DNA from: Macrostomum lignano
Lineage: Eukaryota
Direction: 5' to 3'
Assembly (NCBI GenBank): GCA_002269645.1
Contig: NIVC01002322.1
Location: forward strand, 120,137 to 184,136
Length of the DNA: 64,000 bases
The translations under genes and the position numbers were made by a program. Of the stretch, positions 1 through 13,807 are shown in pieces; within the stretch, counting starts at the first letter, position 1, and the number at the start of each line of letters is the position of its first letter. The notes beneath the pieces were generated by a model that was not told the origin of the DNA, searched no databases, and saw nothing but the letters and a program-made list of their open reading frames with translations.

Positions 1-225
1 AACCATCGGGAAACGATCTCCATTCACTGCTATGAAAGGCGGAAGGCGCGTGAAGGCTGGTTGCTTAGCAACTAATCAAGTCAATTTGGTTTCTCTCAAT
101 AGGCAAATACGAGGTACTTGACTTAATTATATTATGCTTATAGATATGGAATCTCAATCAAGTGAGTAGCCTGCCACTAGCTTGGCATGGAAAATGATTA
201 AAAACCGCTGAATGATCGTATTTTT

Positions 226-470
226 CTCCCAGATCCTCAGTTGCTGGGCCAGCCTCTCAGATCCTCAGTTGCTGTGCCAGCCTCCCAGATCCTTAGTTGC
301 TGGGCAAGCCTCCCAGATCCTCAGTTGCTGGGCCAGCCTCCCAGATCCTTAGTTGCTGGGCCAGCCTCCCAGATCCTCAGTTGCTAGGCCTGCCTCCCAG
401 AGTGTCAGTTGCTGGGCCAGCCTCCCAGATCCTCAGTTGCTGAGCCAGACTCCCAGATCCTCAGTTGCTG
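226..470. repeat. 28-bp minisatellite (cctcccagatcctcagttgctgggccag), ~8-9 copies
   Basis: Tandem near-identical units read directly. Confidence 0.9.
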
Positions 471-1049
471 CTCCACTACCTTTGACACTGGGCTCAAACG
501 ACCTCATTTTCGCTCGCATTTAAAGAATAAAAACATATCTCGCACAGAAAATGCCTATACAAAAGTCATGAGATTTTTTTTTCGCCTCAAGTCTCAACGA
601 TTATTCGTTCCACGATCTCACATATTCGTTTCTAAGTCTTATTCTCCAGCTCTCTCTGTTTTATTAACCGCAGCAAAATGCAAATACAGCAGTGACTCGC
701 TCTAAAACAAACTGAACCGGCCAGCAGTCGGCAACTTCAATCTTTATGAGAAGCTGCGTGAGCCTTTGTTTCTAAATTTAGCCTTAGAAGTTGGGGAGCT
801 AATGTGAATTAATGGTACTCTATTATTGTGTTATAATAAACTATGCTTAGTATACCTCACATGCTTAAAGTAGTGCAATTAACCATCATAATGTTACAAA
901 TTAGCTTGATTGTGTGAAATATTACAGAAGTAGTCATGAATTAAATCACTAACTCTACATGCTAGCATTGCGCACTATACCGACAATGGGCACAATTCAG
1001 TCTAATTAGGCACTCCTAGCAGTGTTGCATCGATATTTAAATCCCAATA

Positions 1050-1500
1050 GTACACCACTTCACTCTCCCCAACTTTACACCCACTTCACTCCCCAACTTT
1101 ACACCCACCTCGCTCCCCAACTTTACACCCACCTCACTCCCCAACTTTACACCCACCTCACTCCCCAACTTTACACCCACCTCACTTCCCAACTTTACAC
1201 CCACCTCACTCCCCAACTTTACACCCACCTCACTCCCCAACTTTACACCCACCTCACTTCCCAACTTTACACCCACCTCACTCCCCAACTTTACACCCAC
1301 CTCACTCCCCAACTTTACACCCACCTCACTCCCCAACTTTACACCCACCTCACTCTCCAACTTTACACCCACCTCACTCCCCAACTTTACACCCACCTCA
1401 CTCCCCAACTTTACAACCACCTCACTCCCCAACTTTACACCCACCTCACTCTCCAACCCTATACCCACCTCACTCCCCAACCCTACACCCACCTCACTCC
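1050..1500. repeat. 24-bp C-rich minisatellite (ccccaactttacacccacctcact)n
   Basis: Tandem units; they explain the TPQLYTHL and GSEVGVKL ORFs in the track. Confidence 0.95.
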
Positions 1501-1871
1501 TCTACCCTACGCTATAGCCTCCAACAGCCCTATAGCCGCTCACAGAATAAAAGCAATGACTCCAACGCTCCACATGTCCATGGCGGTGCCACAGCCTCTG
1601 CGCAGCAGAACCTCAGGCGCACAATAGCCCGGAGTACCGCACACAGATCTCGTATGCACGTCAGAGTCCGCAATTTTGCTCAAACCGAAATCAGCTAAGG
1701 AGAGGAAGTGTTGAAAAGTGAAAATTTATAACTTTAAAATCATTATTGAAACGAGCGTATCCAATATGGTTATTTGCAATTCACCAATTTTCAATTTGGC
1801 CTCTTCGCGTTCGTCTTCGTAAAGCAAATTCTCCGGCTAAAATCAGATGGGACCAAGGGGGTTCATATTCA

Positions 1872-2036
<165 letters not shown>

Positions 2037-3663
2037 TTAGTCACGGAAAGCAGCTGTCATTTGTTGGCTAAAAGAGTTTTAACATTTCCAATCATTAGTT
2101 CCAGCCCATAAAGATATTACATGATCGTCCAATTCAAGCGCGCAAATACTGTACTCGTACGCAGACACTCTCTGTGCCTTGAGCCTTTCTTCTGTTCAGA
2201 AATCAGAAATTAAATTAAATTTAGATGAGAATGGGCCCAAGACAAATATGTTATCTGTTTTCCTACAAAGCTTCACAAAGTACAAAACCTTACCTGTCAA
2301 ACAGTTCCCCACCTGTGACCAATTCCAGAACCATGAAGAAATGATTTGGCGTTTCAAACACTTCCTTTAATCGAATCTGTTGAAGGCAGTTTACATCAAA
2401 GTTTTTTAGATGGGCTGTTCTTATATAGAGAATATTTATGAAATATTACTTAGAAAATATGAACGTGGCTCACAATATTTTCATGACTGACACTGAGAAG
2501 GATACCAATCTCAGCTGTTACTATTCTCTTATCCACCTGGATAAAAAGTAATGTTTTTGATTTTTCAAATAAAACAGGAAAGTTGACTATAATTTATGTT
2601 CTTAGTGAATATACTTTAACCTGGCAAACTATACTCACCTTCTTTTGTATCACTTTTGCTGCCCATTTTTCACTTGAGCCAATTCTGTTGCACTCATGCA
2701 CAACAGATGTTCCACCCCTTTAATGTGAATTTTTAAAGTTAAGATTAAGTAAATTTGTAGCAACAAGAATATAAATTTTATCTCAAAAATATTTTAAGGA
2801 AAAAATACAATATACATTTGTTCAATGAATTTATTGGCAGTAGGGATCCTCAAAAATTGTCCATGTAACACACTTTAAATCTTTATTTACTGAATTTAAT
2901 CACTATTAATATCACCACTGTGTGCTTATGTTGTTGATTAAAGTTGATCACTCAATGTATAACTTACTTTCCCAATTCCTTTCCTAAGTCGTAAACGTCT
3001 TCAAAACGAATGTCTTTGATGCTTTCATACAGCCAATAGTCCGAGTTCATATCTGTTTACGGAGATAGCCAGAACTAGAAATTAACCAAGTGAGGCCGCG
3101 ATCCTGAGTAAAATTCGTAAGTTAAGTATAGCTCGAAAGTAAAAAAGTCACGCTCATTAAATTCGTACCATTCTAGACTCCAAATATGAACACTGTAAAC
3201 TAAAAGGATTAAATGAATAGATTCAACTCCTGTCATGGTTCTTTGTATAGTTGAACATTATCAACGCCTTTTTACTACACTTAACAAATTCTTAGTTTAA
3301 AAAATTGTTTTACTCGGCACGATAAAAAGAGGCGATATTATAAACGCACACTTGATTTTGTTCTTAAAAACGATCATTGGTTTTTATGCCATTGCGACAT
3401 TGCGACATTAAAGAAAAAATACTACCACATCTTCCAATAGGTAAGTAAAAAACAAATTCTTATATAGTTTAAACTCTTACTCGTAGTGATAAAAATACGC
3501 AGCTAAGTGTGTGTATGCATAGAGCAAATTCGCTTCTAAGCTATTAATTTTCGACCGAAATTATCTAATATTACTTAGTATTAGTTAGCTAATCATTTAT
3601 TATATATTATTCATAAAAATAAACTAATAATATATTCGTAATTTTTGATTCCAAATCAAAGCA

Positions 3664-4221
3664 ATGTTGGCGGTGACGAAGCTTCAATATCAACTGTTCT
3701 GTCGATCGATTCTACTTCGCATTCTTATATTGACCTTTGTGTCAAGTTCTGCGGTTCGTTTAAATAAAAATCCGTGTTCTGAAGTCGCGTGCACTATGAC
3801 AATCGAACCTGGGGACACATTTGAACCACAGTGCAACAAATTTGTTGGCTTTATGTTGCTTATGGAGCCTGGCAAGAAAGTAACGTTTCAGAAGAAAGCA
3901 GAGCCGGAACTCAGCAACAGCCCATTTGACTTAGAAACTATCGACTCTACGGGCGACTGCTCTCTTTCGGCAGAGAATTTCACCCAAGCATTGCAGCGAA
4001 AGTACGTCATCTCACACAATACGTGCTCACCATACTTACACAATATAATTGAGCTTTTAACACTAAGAGTTGCCCGATAATTACTACAGAACCGACTGCT
4101 TCGTTGCTGATCGCGGCGGCTACTTCAATTGCCAGATTAAAAATCCGAAATCGGTCAGCGAGGCTCTGTACCACGGGTGCTTCTCAGAGAAGCGAATTCT
4201 TAACGGGTCCTACAACTGCAG
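3664..4221 (+). CDS. Possible coding exon(s) of a secreted Cys-rich protein (unassigned, apparent frameshift near 4070)
   Basis: ORF 3664-4080 has a hydrophobic signal-like start and spaced Cys; ORF 4070-4270 continues Cys-rich sequence up to a canonical a|gtaagt donor at ~4221. No family recognised. Confidence 0.3.
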
Positions 4222-4649
4222 TAAGTTGATCTTTCAGTACAATAGGTTAAATATAATTTTTAAAAAATGAAATGACCTTGTCCGAACAGGTTAGACCATG
4301 AGATATTAATAATGGGCCGCGATTTGGCTATTGCGAAGTAGATCCGAGGACTTTGGCTGGAGAATCGGGAGAGACCCACTCATTGCGACAGTGATAAATG
4401 ACTGACAACGATCCCTGCGACTAAAACTCATACAAGATAAAAAAGGTTCCTTCCAGTCAAAAACTGAAATATAATTTAATTTTAGTAAACTCCAGCAGTA
4501 CAGAATTCACCTTGACGACAAAGCAGCCCTCGATGCTCGAACAGAAACTGCCCACTTCCAATCCTCAAAGCGACAGGCGGGATGGAGCCGGACGGTTTGG
4601 TGAGTTGAGAAATAAATAAACTTTAAATGAACTCACATCTGCATGCAAC

Positions 4650-4707
4650 TCAATCAACCAATCAACCAATCGATCAATTAATCAATCAATCAATCAATCA
4701 ATTAATA

Positions 4708-4746
<39 letters not shown>

Positions 4747-4773
4747 TAGACAATCAATCAATCAATAAATTAT

Positions 4774-4818
<45 letters not shown>

Positions 4819-4851
4819 TAATAAATCAATCAATCAATCAATCAATCAATG

Positions 4852-4882
<31 letters not shown>

Positions 4883-4887
4883 CAATT

Positions 4888-4934
<47 letters not shown>

Positions 4935-4961
4935 TAGACAATCAATCAATCAATAAATTAT

Positions 4962-5006
<45 letters not shown>

Positions 5007-5011
5007 TAATA

Positions 5012-5042
<31 letters not shown>

Positions 5043-5199
5043 AAATCAATAAATCAATCAATTAATCAATCAATCAATCAATCAATTAATTAATCAATCA
5101 ATCAATCAATTAATCAATTAATCAATCAGTCCATCAAGCAATCAATCAATCAATCGATCGATCAATCAATCAATCGATCAATTAATTAATTAATTAATT

Positions 5200-5254
<55 letters not shown>

Positions 5255-5259
5255 TAATT

Positions 5260-5290
<31 letters not shown>

Positions 5291-5427
5291 TAATTAATCA
5301 ATCAATCAATCAATTAATCAATTAATCAATCAGTCCATCAAGCAATCAATCAATCAATCGATCGATCAATCAATCAATCAATCAATCGATCGATCAATCA
5401 ATCAATCGATCAATTAATTAATTAATT

Positions 5428-5460
<33 letters not shown>

Positions 5461-5590
5461 ATAAATCAATCAGCCAATCAATCAGTCAATCAATCAATCA
5501 ATCAATCAACGAGTCAGGTAATCAATCAAATAATCAATAATTTAATCAATCAATCAATTAATCAATCCATCAATTAGTCAATATTAAATC
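4650..5590. repeat. (AATC)n microsatellite, degenerate
   Basis: Direct reading. Confidence 0.95.
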
Positions 5591-6230
5591 AATCTAGTAT
5601 TTATCTATTTCGACATGGTCTTGCCCCTTAAATTTTCCTGATGCTGTAACATACAACGATTCCCTAAGTCCAACCAATCAGAAACAGAATTGTTCGCAGC
5701 TCGGATATTAATCTCCCTGAGGATAAGCCAGATTGTTTACGAGGTGCTTCATTCGCCGTTTCCCCTCGCCTGACTGATTAATCAACTGCTTTTATTAGGC
5801 GCTCGGCTAGCCCTGAGTCACAGAGAGGACACTCCCTGCGTGACCACCCAGCACCTGATCATTAATTATTCATAAGGGCAGGCTGGTAGGCACATACATG
5901 CAGGCTTGTGAGAAATCAAGGAGCACTTGAAACCAAAATTTGGACTGGCAACTCCTTAACGAATATTTTCTAAGACGATATTAAACCCCAGTCCCAATAC
6001 AGTTTCAAATTGTAATAACGCAATTCTGTCAAATTGTTCACCATGGAATCGGACAAATCTGTCACGCCTATTGCGTCATGAAATTAAGAGCTGAAAGGGA
6101 AGAGTTATCAACCCCCAGGCTCTGGCTGTAGGTGTCCTTGGAGAGACAGGTGGTCGCTCAGAGAGTGAATAAATAAGACAGCGAGCACTGCCCTTCGCAG
6201 CGGCGCTTTCCAACCCTACCATATCCAAGC

Positions 6231-6912
6231 ATGCCGCCCTACGCTATTCTCCTGTCAATTATTCTGTTGCTATGGCAACCGGCCGAGTCTCTGGCGGCCG
6301 GAAATTTATCGTACCAAACTTCGGACATCATGTGCTCGAAAAGCATCGCTGCCGCGGCCGAGCTGCTGGCTCGGGCAGTTGAAAATGCGACCGCTGGTGA
6401 CAGCCTTGCCGCCAGCAACAGCATCTGCCAGGACCTGCCGGACTGTCGGCGAAGATCGAACGCCTCGGTGGAGCTGCTGCTCACCAGAAGCTGCTCGACG
6501 GAATTCGCCAAGCTCAGCTCGCATGCCTACACCCACTGCCAGACCCTCCTGCAGAGCCGAACTGTCAAGGCGCTGTTCGCCTGCGACCCGGCCTGTCCCG
6601 GCGCCGGCTTGCCGCTTTGCGAGTTCCTTCGACGCCAGGAGTTCCGCGGCTCCGACGGGGTGAGCAGCGTGACGCTGAGCTACCAGACCGACCCGCTCAC
6701 CCTAGTGCCATACCCGGCTGTACTGGGCGTCAGCCCCGATGTAGCGACCCCGGTGCAACTCCCGTTCCGCCTGCTGCTGGTTGAAAGCGTCGGAGGGGTC
6801 AGCGAGGAGCGACGCTGCCCAATCTGCATCAAATTCGCCGGCGTGCTGGTCGACGAGCCGACGGAAACTTCGACGGTGGACTCAGAGACGACTTTCAGAG
6901 ACACCAGCGTCG
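6231..6912 (+). CDS. Signal-peptide exon, Cys-rich ectodomain; probable first exon of the adhesion GPCR
   Basis: MPPYAILLSIILLLWQPAESLA is a signal peptide; GC-rich coding-like sequence; G|GTTAGG donor at 6912/6913 (phase 1) matches the phase-1 acceptor at 8679. Linkage to the GPCR is inferred. Confidence 0.6.
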
Positions 6913-6964
6913 GTTAGGCTGGGTGGAGACTGGAAGACTGGGCCACAGAAACAGGAATGACATG

Positions 6965-7305
6965 GAGGGACACAGAGAGTGACAGAGAGTGACAGAGAGT
7001 GACAGAGAGTGACGGAGAGTGACGGAGAGTGACAGAGAGTGACAGAGAGTGACAGAGAGTGACAGAGAGTGACAGAGAGTGACAGAGAGTGACAGAGAGT
7101 GACAGAGAGTGACAGAGAGTGACAGAGAGTGACAGAGAGTGACAGAGAGTGACAGAGAGTGACAGAGAATTACAGAGAGTGACAGAGAGTGACAGAGAGT
7201 GACAGAGAGTGACAGACAGTGACAGAGAGTGACAGATAGTGACAGATAGTGACAGAGAGTGACAGTGACACAGAGTGACAAAGAGAGTCACAGAGTGACG
7301 GAGAC
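6965..7305. repeat. 10-bp satellite (gacagagagt)n
   Basis: Direct reading. Confidence 0.95.
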
Positions 7306-8329
7306 AGAGTCGGGAAACTCAAAGCAGCAACCATGGAACGCAGAGAATGACTGGGGCACAGCAGGGAATTAATATTTAGTATTTGCAAAGGGTCCAGCAA
7401 TCAGCAATCAATGATCAAGAGATTAAAGAAATTCATAAAGACTGCACAGTTTAACCCCTAGCCAATTCTTTATTTCCTATCCATCCTTTAGCCAAAGCAA
7501 TTCGTTGGATTGTAAATGCAACTATTTTTATAGATAAGCTTAGCTCGCTATTTTCCATCCCGGACCCTCGACTTTTCTTCGGCTGTACCTTCTAGGGTTG
7601 AAGACTATCTGATAGATGAAGAACGGGCGGGGGAGAAAGTACATTAGGGAAGCTGAAAGGAGGAAGATGCACAGGCCTGCGTGCTTGGTAGGATGCGGCA
7701 AGCCCAGGCAGTCAATATCGCTGAATCCGAAGGTGCAAGTGGTTGGTTTAAAAAACGTGGATTCAGCATCTGCGACAGTGAATTATTATTCATTGATATG
7801 AAAAGTACATTCGCTGGGATAACCTGTTCGATTCCGTCTGGAGTTTGGCAAGAAAGTGAAGTGGGATTTGGGAAATTCTTCAAGTTGTTTACTTGGTTCT
7901 CTGCTTGGCTTCATAAATCATTTTGAATAAGTTTATTTCCCAGGAATTTGTTCGCATTCTTTTAGAATTTAATCTTCGAAATGAATTTAACTCTTCATTC
8001 TGAATGCTTTAACAAAAATGAAAGGCGACTCCCTTAGTATTTCCCCTCGAAGTAGTATGGGATTTCCCGCACAATTCACCGAATTCCTGCACATGATTTT
8101 CTTTGAAGGACTCTGCAGTATGGGAATTCTGGTCCGGAATTTCCCTGGGATTCCCTTAAAGATTTCCTTTCGAAATTTCCTTAGAAGGTTTCCTTTGAGA
8201 TTCCTTTTGGGGTTCACCAGTTTGTATTCCCCTTGGGATTCCCGTTTGGAATTCACCTTTGGGATTCCTCTTTGGGATTCCCATTTGGGATTCCGCTTTA
8301 AACCTTGGAAATTCTCTTGGGAATTCCTC

Positions 8330-8570
8330 TGCAATTCTCTTTGCGATTTTCCTGGGATACGCTTTGGGATTTCCCTGAGGATACCCTTTGGGATATCCCT
8401 GGGGATACCCTTTCGGATTTCCCTCGGGATTACCCTTTCGGATTTCCCTGAGGATACCCTTTGGGATATCCCTTTCGGATTTTCCTGGGGATAACCTTTC
8501 GGATTTCCCTGGGATACCCTTTGGGATTTCCCTTGCGATTCTCTTGGGAATCCCCTTGAGATTGCCCCAT
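8330..8570. repeat. Degenerate ~21-22-bp repeat (gggataccctttgggatttccct-like)
   Basis: Direct reading. Confidence 0.75.
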
Positions 8571-8678
8571 CGATCGTATAAGATATACGTCTCTGTAATT
8601 AATGTGGTAAATTTTTACAGTTTATATAAGAATCCCCAGAATTTAAGGTAATTTGGAAAACCACTCCACCCCATTTAG

Positions 8679-8821
8679 AAACGCCGTGCGCCACCTGTTC
8701 AACAACGGAGAGTCCCCGCCGAAACTCCTGCAGCACTTATGAGGGCTCCGAGCGATCCTACCTTGATGCCAATGGCGAGTGCCAGCCTTCTCCAGCAAAT
8801 TTAAAGGAACTGAATTTAACG
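8679..8821 (+). CDS. Putative internal exon of adhesion GPCR ectodomain (ETPCATCS...CQPSPANLKELNLT)
   Basis: tttag| acceptor and |gtgagt donor; 143 nt open frame, phase 1 in and phase 0 out. Confidence 0.5.
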
Positions 8822-8947
8822 GTGAGTGGCTATTCGTATGCGATTTGGGGACAGCTTCAGAAGTCCTTGTAACGATTTTATGGGCCATTGTAACTGTTAA
8901 TGAGATCATAGTAGCAGTTCATAGATTATAAATTTATTAGAAATATT

Positions 8948-9530
8948 CATGAGGTCATTGCAATATGCATGAGGTCATTGCAATATGCATGAGGTCATTG
9001 CAATATGCATGAGGTCATTGCAATATGCATGAGGTCATTGCAATATGCATGAGGTCATTGCAATATGCATGAGGTCATTGCAATATGCATGAGGTCATTG
9101 CAATATGCATGAGGTCATTGCAATATGCATGAGGTCATTGCAATATGCATGAGGTCATCGTAGTATTGGTACAGTCATTGTAGTAACAATGAGCTTATTT
9201 TAATACCTATGATGTCATTGTAGTATTGATGATGATGTTAAAGTATTGATTGGTTCTTTTTTCTAACAATTATGTTATTGTAAGAATTGATTGAGTCATT
9301 CTAGAATCTTTGAGGTCATTGTAGAATATTTGAGGTCAATTTAGAACTAATGAGGTTATTTTAAAATTGATGAGGTCATTGTAGATTTGATGAGGTCATT
9401 GTAGATTTGATGAGGTCATTGTAGATTTGATGATGTCATTGTATATTTGATGAGGTCATTGTAGATTTGATGAGGTCATTGTAGAATATTTAAGATCAAT
9501 GTAAAATCAAGGTTATGAGGTCATTTTAGT
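8948..9530. repeat. 20-bp minisatellite (catgaggtcattgcaatatg)n, decaying into (tgatgaggtcattgtagatt)n
   Basis: Direct reading. Confidence 0.9.
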
Positions 9531-9550
9531 ATCTATGAGGTCGTTTTAGC

Positions 9551-9965
9551 ATGAATGAGGTCATAATAAAAATCAATGAGGCAACTGAGCTCTTTTTAAA
9601 CGCGTCAAAAACATTCCAGATGAACTCAGATTTGGCTGACAGCCAAAAGGCCACAGTGTTGCTTGAGTATGCCCAGAAAAATATCGACAGCGCTAAGTCG
9701 ATGAAAGAATTCACCAGCTTACTGAATCAACAGCTGACCTCGAACACTGACTCATCAACTCGGACGATTGCTAATCTGTTGAAAACAGTTGGAACCGTCG
9801 CTGACATGCCATTGTGGCGAGCTGTCAAGAATCTGACAGACTCTGACGCCAAGGACTTGGCCGAGACCGCCGCCTCTGTTATTGATGCTGTGGATAGCAT
9901 TGGCTTCGGGCTGGCGGCGTCCGCTACCCAGGACTTCAGCATTGATGGCGGCGATGGCGGAGTGG
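9551..9965 (+). CDS. Adhesion GPCR exon, helical GAIN subdomain A-like
   Basis: IANLLKTVGTVADMPLWRAVKNL...AASVIDAVDSIGFGLA resembles GAIN-A helices; G|GTGAGT donor at 9965/9966. The 5' boundary is uncertain. Confidence 0.6.
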
Positions 9966-9969
9966 GTGA

Positions 9970-10423
9970 GTGACTGACTGACTGACTGACTGACTGACTG
10001 ACTGACTGACTGACTGACTGACTGACTGACTGACTGACTGACTGACTGACTGACTGACTGACTGACTGACTGACTGACTGACTGACTGACTGACTGACTG
10101 ACTGACTGACTGACTGACTGACTGACTGACTGACTGACTGACTGACTGACTGACTGACTGACTGACTGACTGACTGACTGACTAACTGACTGACTGACTG
10201 ACTGACTGACTGACTGACTGACTAACTGACTGACTGACTGACTGACTGACTGACTGACTGACTGACTGACTGACTGACTGACTGACTGACTGACTGACTG
10301 ACTGACTGACTGACTAACTGACTGACTGACTGACTGACTGACTGACTGACTGACTGACTAACTGACTGACTGACTGACTGACTGACTGACTGACTGACTG
10401 ACTGACTGACTGACTGACTGACT
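9970..10423. repeat. (GACT)n microsatellite
   Basis: Direct reading. Confidence 0.97.
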
Positions 10424-11164
10424 CATAGTTTTCAAAGAGCTACTAGTCACTCATAGTCACTCATAGTCACTCATAGTCACTCATAGTCACTCATAGTCAC
10501 TCATAGTCACCCATGGTAACTCATATTCACCCATAGTCACTCATAGTAGTCACTCATAGTCACTCATAGTCACTCATAGTCACCCATAGTCACTCATAGT
10601 CACCCATAGTCACTCATATTCACTCATACTAATTGTCGCACTAAAATCCAAACTGTATGATTTTCACTCACAATTATTCATATAACGCAGCCCCTCTGCA
10701 TAAAAAGTAATTTTGCCTCAACATAGCGAGTCCAGCTGTCTGCGCCAGTTCCCAACCGGAAACGCTGGAACTGTATTTGTTGGCACGCAATGCGCATACA
10801 AGTCTGAAAATGTTTCATTTCAAGCTACAGAGCTACGCAATATTGCGTTATTAGCTATCTGTTGCGAGTATTGCGCAGGAGGGCGCATAGCCAGTGTGCC
10901 CGACATGTAGCGCAATTTGGTTCTCGGCTATTTTTGATATTATTTTGCGTTGCGAGTTTTAACGATAATTGTGTGATGTGACAGGTTGTTACACTCATTG
11001 AAAAAATGGAAATATGTTGAGCGATAGCGATGGTCGCAAGTAATAAAAAGAGAATAAATGTTCTGATTTTTTGTAGCTAAATGCTTATACTAATACGAAA
11101 AAGTGGTGGAATGGATAAACAGGTCTAAAAGGCAGTTTTACAGGTGGTCTAACAGGTACTCATA

Positions 11165-11975
11165 GGATAACAGGTAGTCTAACAGATAGTCTAACAGATA
11201 GTCTAACAGATAGTCTAACAGGTAGACTAACAGGTAGTCTAACAGGTAGTTTAACAGTTAGCCTAACAGGTAGTCTAACAGGTAGTCTAACAGGTAGTCT
11301 AACAGGTAGTCTAACAGGTAGTCTAGCAGGCTAGTCTAACGGGCTAGTCTAACAGGTAGTCGAACACGTCGTATAACAGGTAGTTTAACAGGTAGCCTAC
11401 ATGTAGTCTAACAGGTAGTCTAACAGATAGTCTAACAGGTAGTCTAACAGGTAGTCTAACAGATAGTCTAACAGGTAGTCTAACAGGTAGTCTATAATGG
11501 GCTAGTCTAACAGGTAGTCTAACAGGTAGTCTAACAGGTAGTCTAACAGGTAGTCTAACAGGTAGTCTAACAGGTAGTCTAACAGGTAGTCTAACAGGTA
11601 GTCTAACAGGTAGTTTAACAGTTAGCCTAACAGGTAGTCTAACAGGTAGTCTAACAGGTAGTCTAACAGGTAGTCTAACAGGTAGTCTAACAGGTAGTCT
11701 AACAGGTAGTCTAACAGGTAGTCTAACAGGTAGTCTAACAGATAGTCTAACAGATAGTCTAACAGGCTAGTCTAACGGGCTAGTCTAACAGGTAGTCGAA
11801 CACGTCGTATAACAGGTAGTTTAACAGGTAGCCTAACAGGTAGTCTAACAGGTAGTCTAACAGGTAGTCTAGCAGGCTAGTCTAACGGGCTAGTCTAACA
11901 GGTAGTCTATAATGGGCTAGTCTAACAGGTAGTCTAACAGGTAGTCTAACAGGTAGTCTAACAGGTAGTCTAGCA
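11165..11975. repeat. 12-bp satellite (acaggtagtcta)n
   Basis: Direct reading. Confidence 0.95.
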
Positions 11976-11987
11976 GCCAGTTTCAAG

Positions 11988-12928
11988 AGAAGTCCAACTT
12001 GCACTCCCCGAAGCGCACCAGCCCCCCCAATCCCCAACTCCCAGCTCTGTCCTTTGTCCGCCTGGCACCGGACCGCGGCTGGACGACAGCCCAGCCGGAC
12101 AGCCGGACCCAGCTGAAGCTGACAGCCAATCTTGTCGACAGTTCCGGGCAAGTCACCGAGGCTGACAATCGAACTGTGGTGGCAACATCGCTGGACCTGC
12201 CGCATCTCATTGGCAGCCTGCCAGATCCGCCCGGCAACGCCCCGGAGACGTCGGGCCTCATCGCGACTCGAATCGTTCAGGCCAGCCTCTTCGGAAGTTC
12301 GGACGGCCCGGGAAGTCGCAGGCTGACAGAGGCGTCGGTTCTGGCCGTGCTGCCGCATCTGAGCGGCAGGCAGTGGGTCGGAGTCCACAGGACCTGCGCC
12401 TACCTGAGGCCGGGTACTGGGCTGCTCGACTCCCACGGTTGCCGGGTGGTGCCCGAGCTCAGCAGCGCAGTGAAAACCGCCTGCCTGTGCAACCATCTCA
12501 GCAGTTTTGCTGTTGTCGTGTCGCCGAGCGACTCCTGGGCTACGATCGAGTCCAAGCAGCTGCTGATGGAGCACTCTGTGCCGCTGGCAGTTCTCACCTA
12601 CGTCTGCCTGGGCCTGTCAATCCTCTGCCTGCTGCTCACCTGCGTCACCTATGCGGCTGTCCGAGTGAAGACTCAGGCCGCCGATCACTCCATAGCAACT
12701 CTGCATCGGGTGCACAGCTGCCTGTCTGCCTGCCTGCTGGGCGCGCACGCCTTTTTTCTAGCCGGGTTCGAGGGCGGCACCACATTCGGCGCGTTGGCCT
12801 GCAAGATTGTGTCGGGAGCCGCTGTGTACCTCTTTCTCGCCGTCTTCTGCTGGCTGCTTTGCGAAGGCTTCATGTACACCAAGAGCCTCATTGTGGTGCT
12901 GCCAGGAGTAGACAGCACCTTCGCCAAG
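11988..12928 (+). CDS. Adhesion GPCR exon: GAIN-B/GPS + TM1-TM3
   Basis: GPS motif C...GC...TACLCNHL|SSFAVVV; TM1 LAVLTYVCLGLSILCLLLT; TM3 CKIVSGAAVYLFLAVFCWLLCEG (family-B WxxxEG); AAG|GTGGGC donor in phase 0. The 5' boundary is approximate. Confidence 0.9.
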
Positions 12929-12969
12929 GTGGGCAAAGGGGTTGAACTGAGATAGGCGGCGGAGTGGGG

Positions 12970-13378
12970 TGGATGCAGGGAGTGAGGTGGGTGCAGGAGT
13001 GAGGTGGGTGCAGGAGTGAGGTGGGTGCAGGAGTGAGGTGGGTGCAGGAGTGAGGTGGGTGCAGGAGTGAGGTGGGTGCAGGAGTGAGGTGGGTGCAGGA
13101 GTGAGGTGGGTGCAGGAGTGAGGTGGGTGCAGGAGTGAGGTGGGTGCAGGAGTGAGGTGGGTGCAGGAGTGAGGTGGGTGCAGGAGTGAGGTGGGTGCAG
13201 GAGTGAGGTGGGTGCAGGAGTGAGGTGGGTGCAGGAGTGAGGTGGGTGCAGGAGTGAGGTGGGTGCAGGAGTGAGGTGGGTGCAGGAGTGAGGTGGGTGC
13301 AGGAGTGAGGTGGGTGCAGGAGTGAGGTGGGTGCAGGAGTGAGGTGGGTGCAGGAGTGAGGTGGGTGCAGGAGTGAGG
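12970..13378. repeat. 17-bp G-rich intronic minisatellite (gagtgaggtgggtgcag)n
   Basis: Direct reading; highly homogeneous. Confidence 0.97.
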
Positions 13379-13430
13379 CGGGTGTTGAAAAGCGTCAACA
13401 CGAGCCCGTTGTCCCGGAACCCATCACCAG

Positions 13431-13781
13431 GTGAAGTTCCGGCACTATTGCCTGCTGAGCATCCTGGCTCCAGCCGCAATTCTCGTGCCGGTGGCGTTGA
13501 TCCGGTCGGACCAGATGATCCAGTACCGGCCCAACCTGGAAGGCCACAGCGCCAGCCTGGAGGAGCCGAGCACCTGCTGGCTGTCCGACCGGAACGGCAC
13601 TTATTGGGCCTTCCTCGGCCCGGTCCTGTTTGTCTGCGCCGTCAACCTCGCCATCTTTGTGGCCATTCTGGTCAAACTGTCCAGGAGGGATCTCGGAGCC
13701 GGAGGCGATGGTGGAGGCTGCAACGGATATAGCGGAGGTATGGAGGGACACTTCGGCCTCGGAGAGTTCATGAGACGGCAG
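13431..13781 (+). CDS. Adhesion GPCR exon: TM4, ECL2 (CWL), TM5
   Basis: ccag|GTG acceptor and CAG|gtgagt donor, both phase 0; CWLSDRNGTYWAFLGPVLFVCAVN is a typical family-B motif. Confidence 0.9.
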
Positions 13782-13807
13782 GTGAGTTGCCGTTTGCCGA
13801 GCCTTGG

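Noticed and set aside
1022-1627. TPQLYTHL-repeat ORF, and similar repeat ORFs at 6895, 12685, 14873-15858, 18405, 21598-23770, 28217, 37957, 38948, 41543-42255, 44569-48968 and 50200-51023
   Set aside because: All coincide with tandem repeats lacking stop codons; there is no independent coding evidence.
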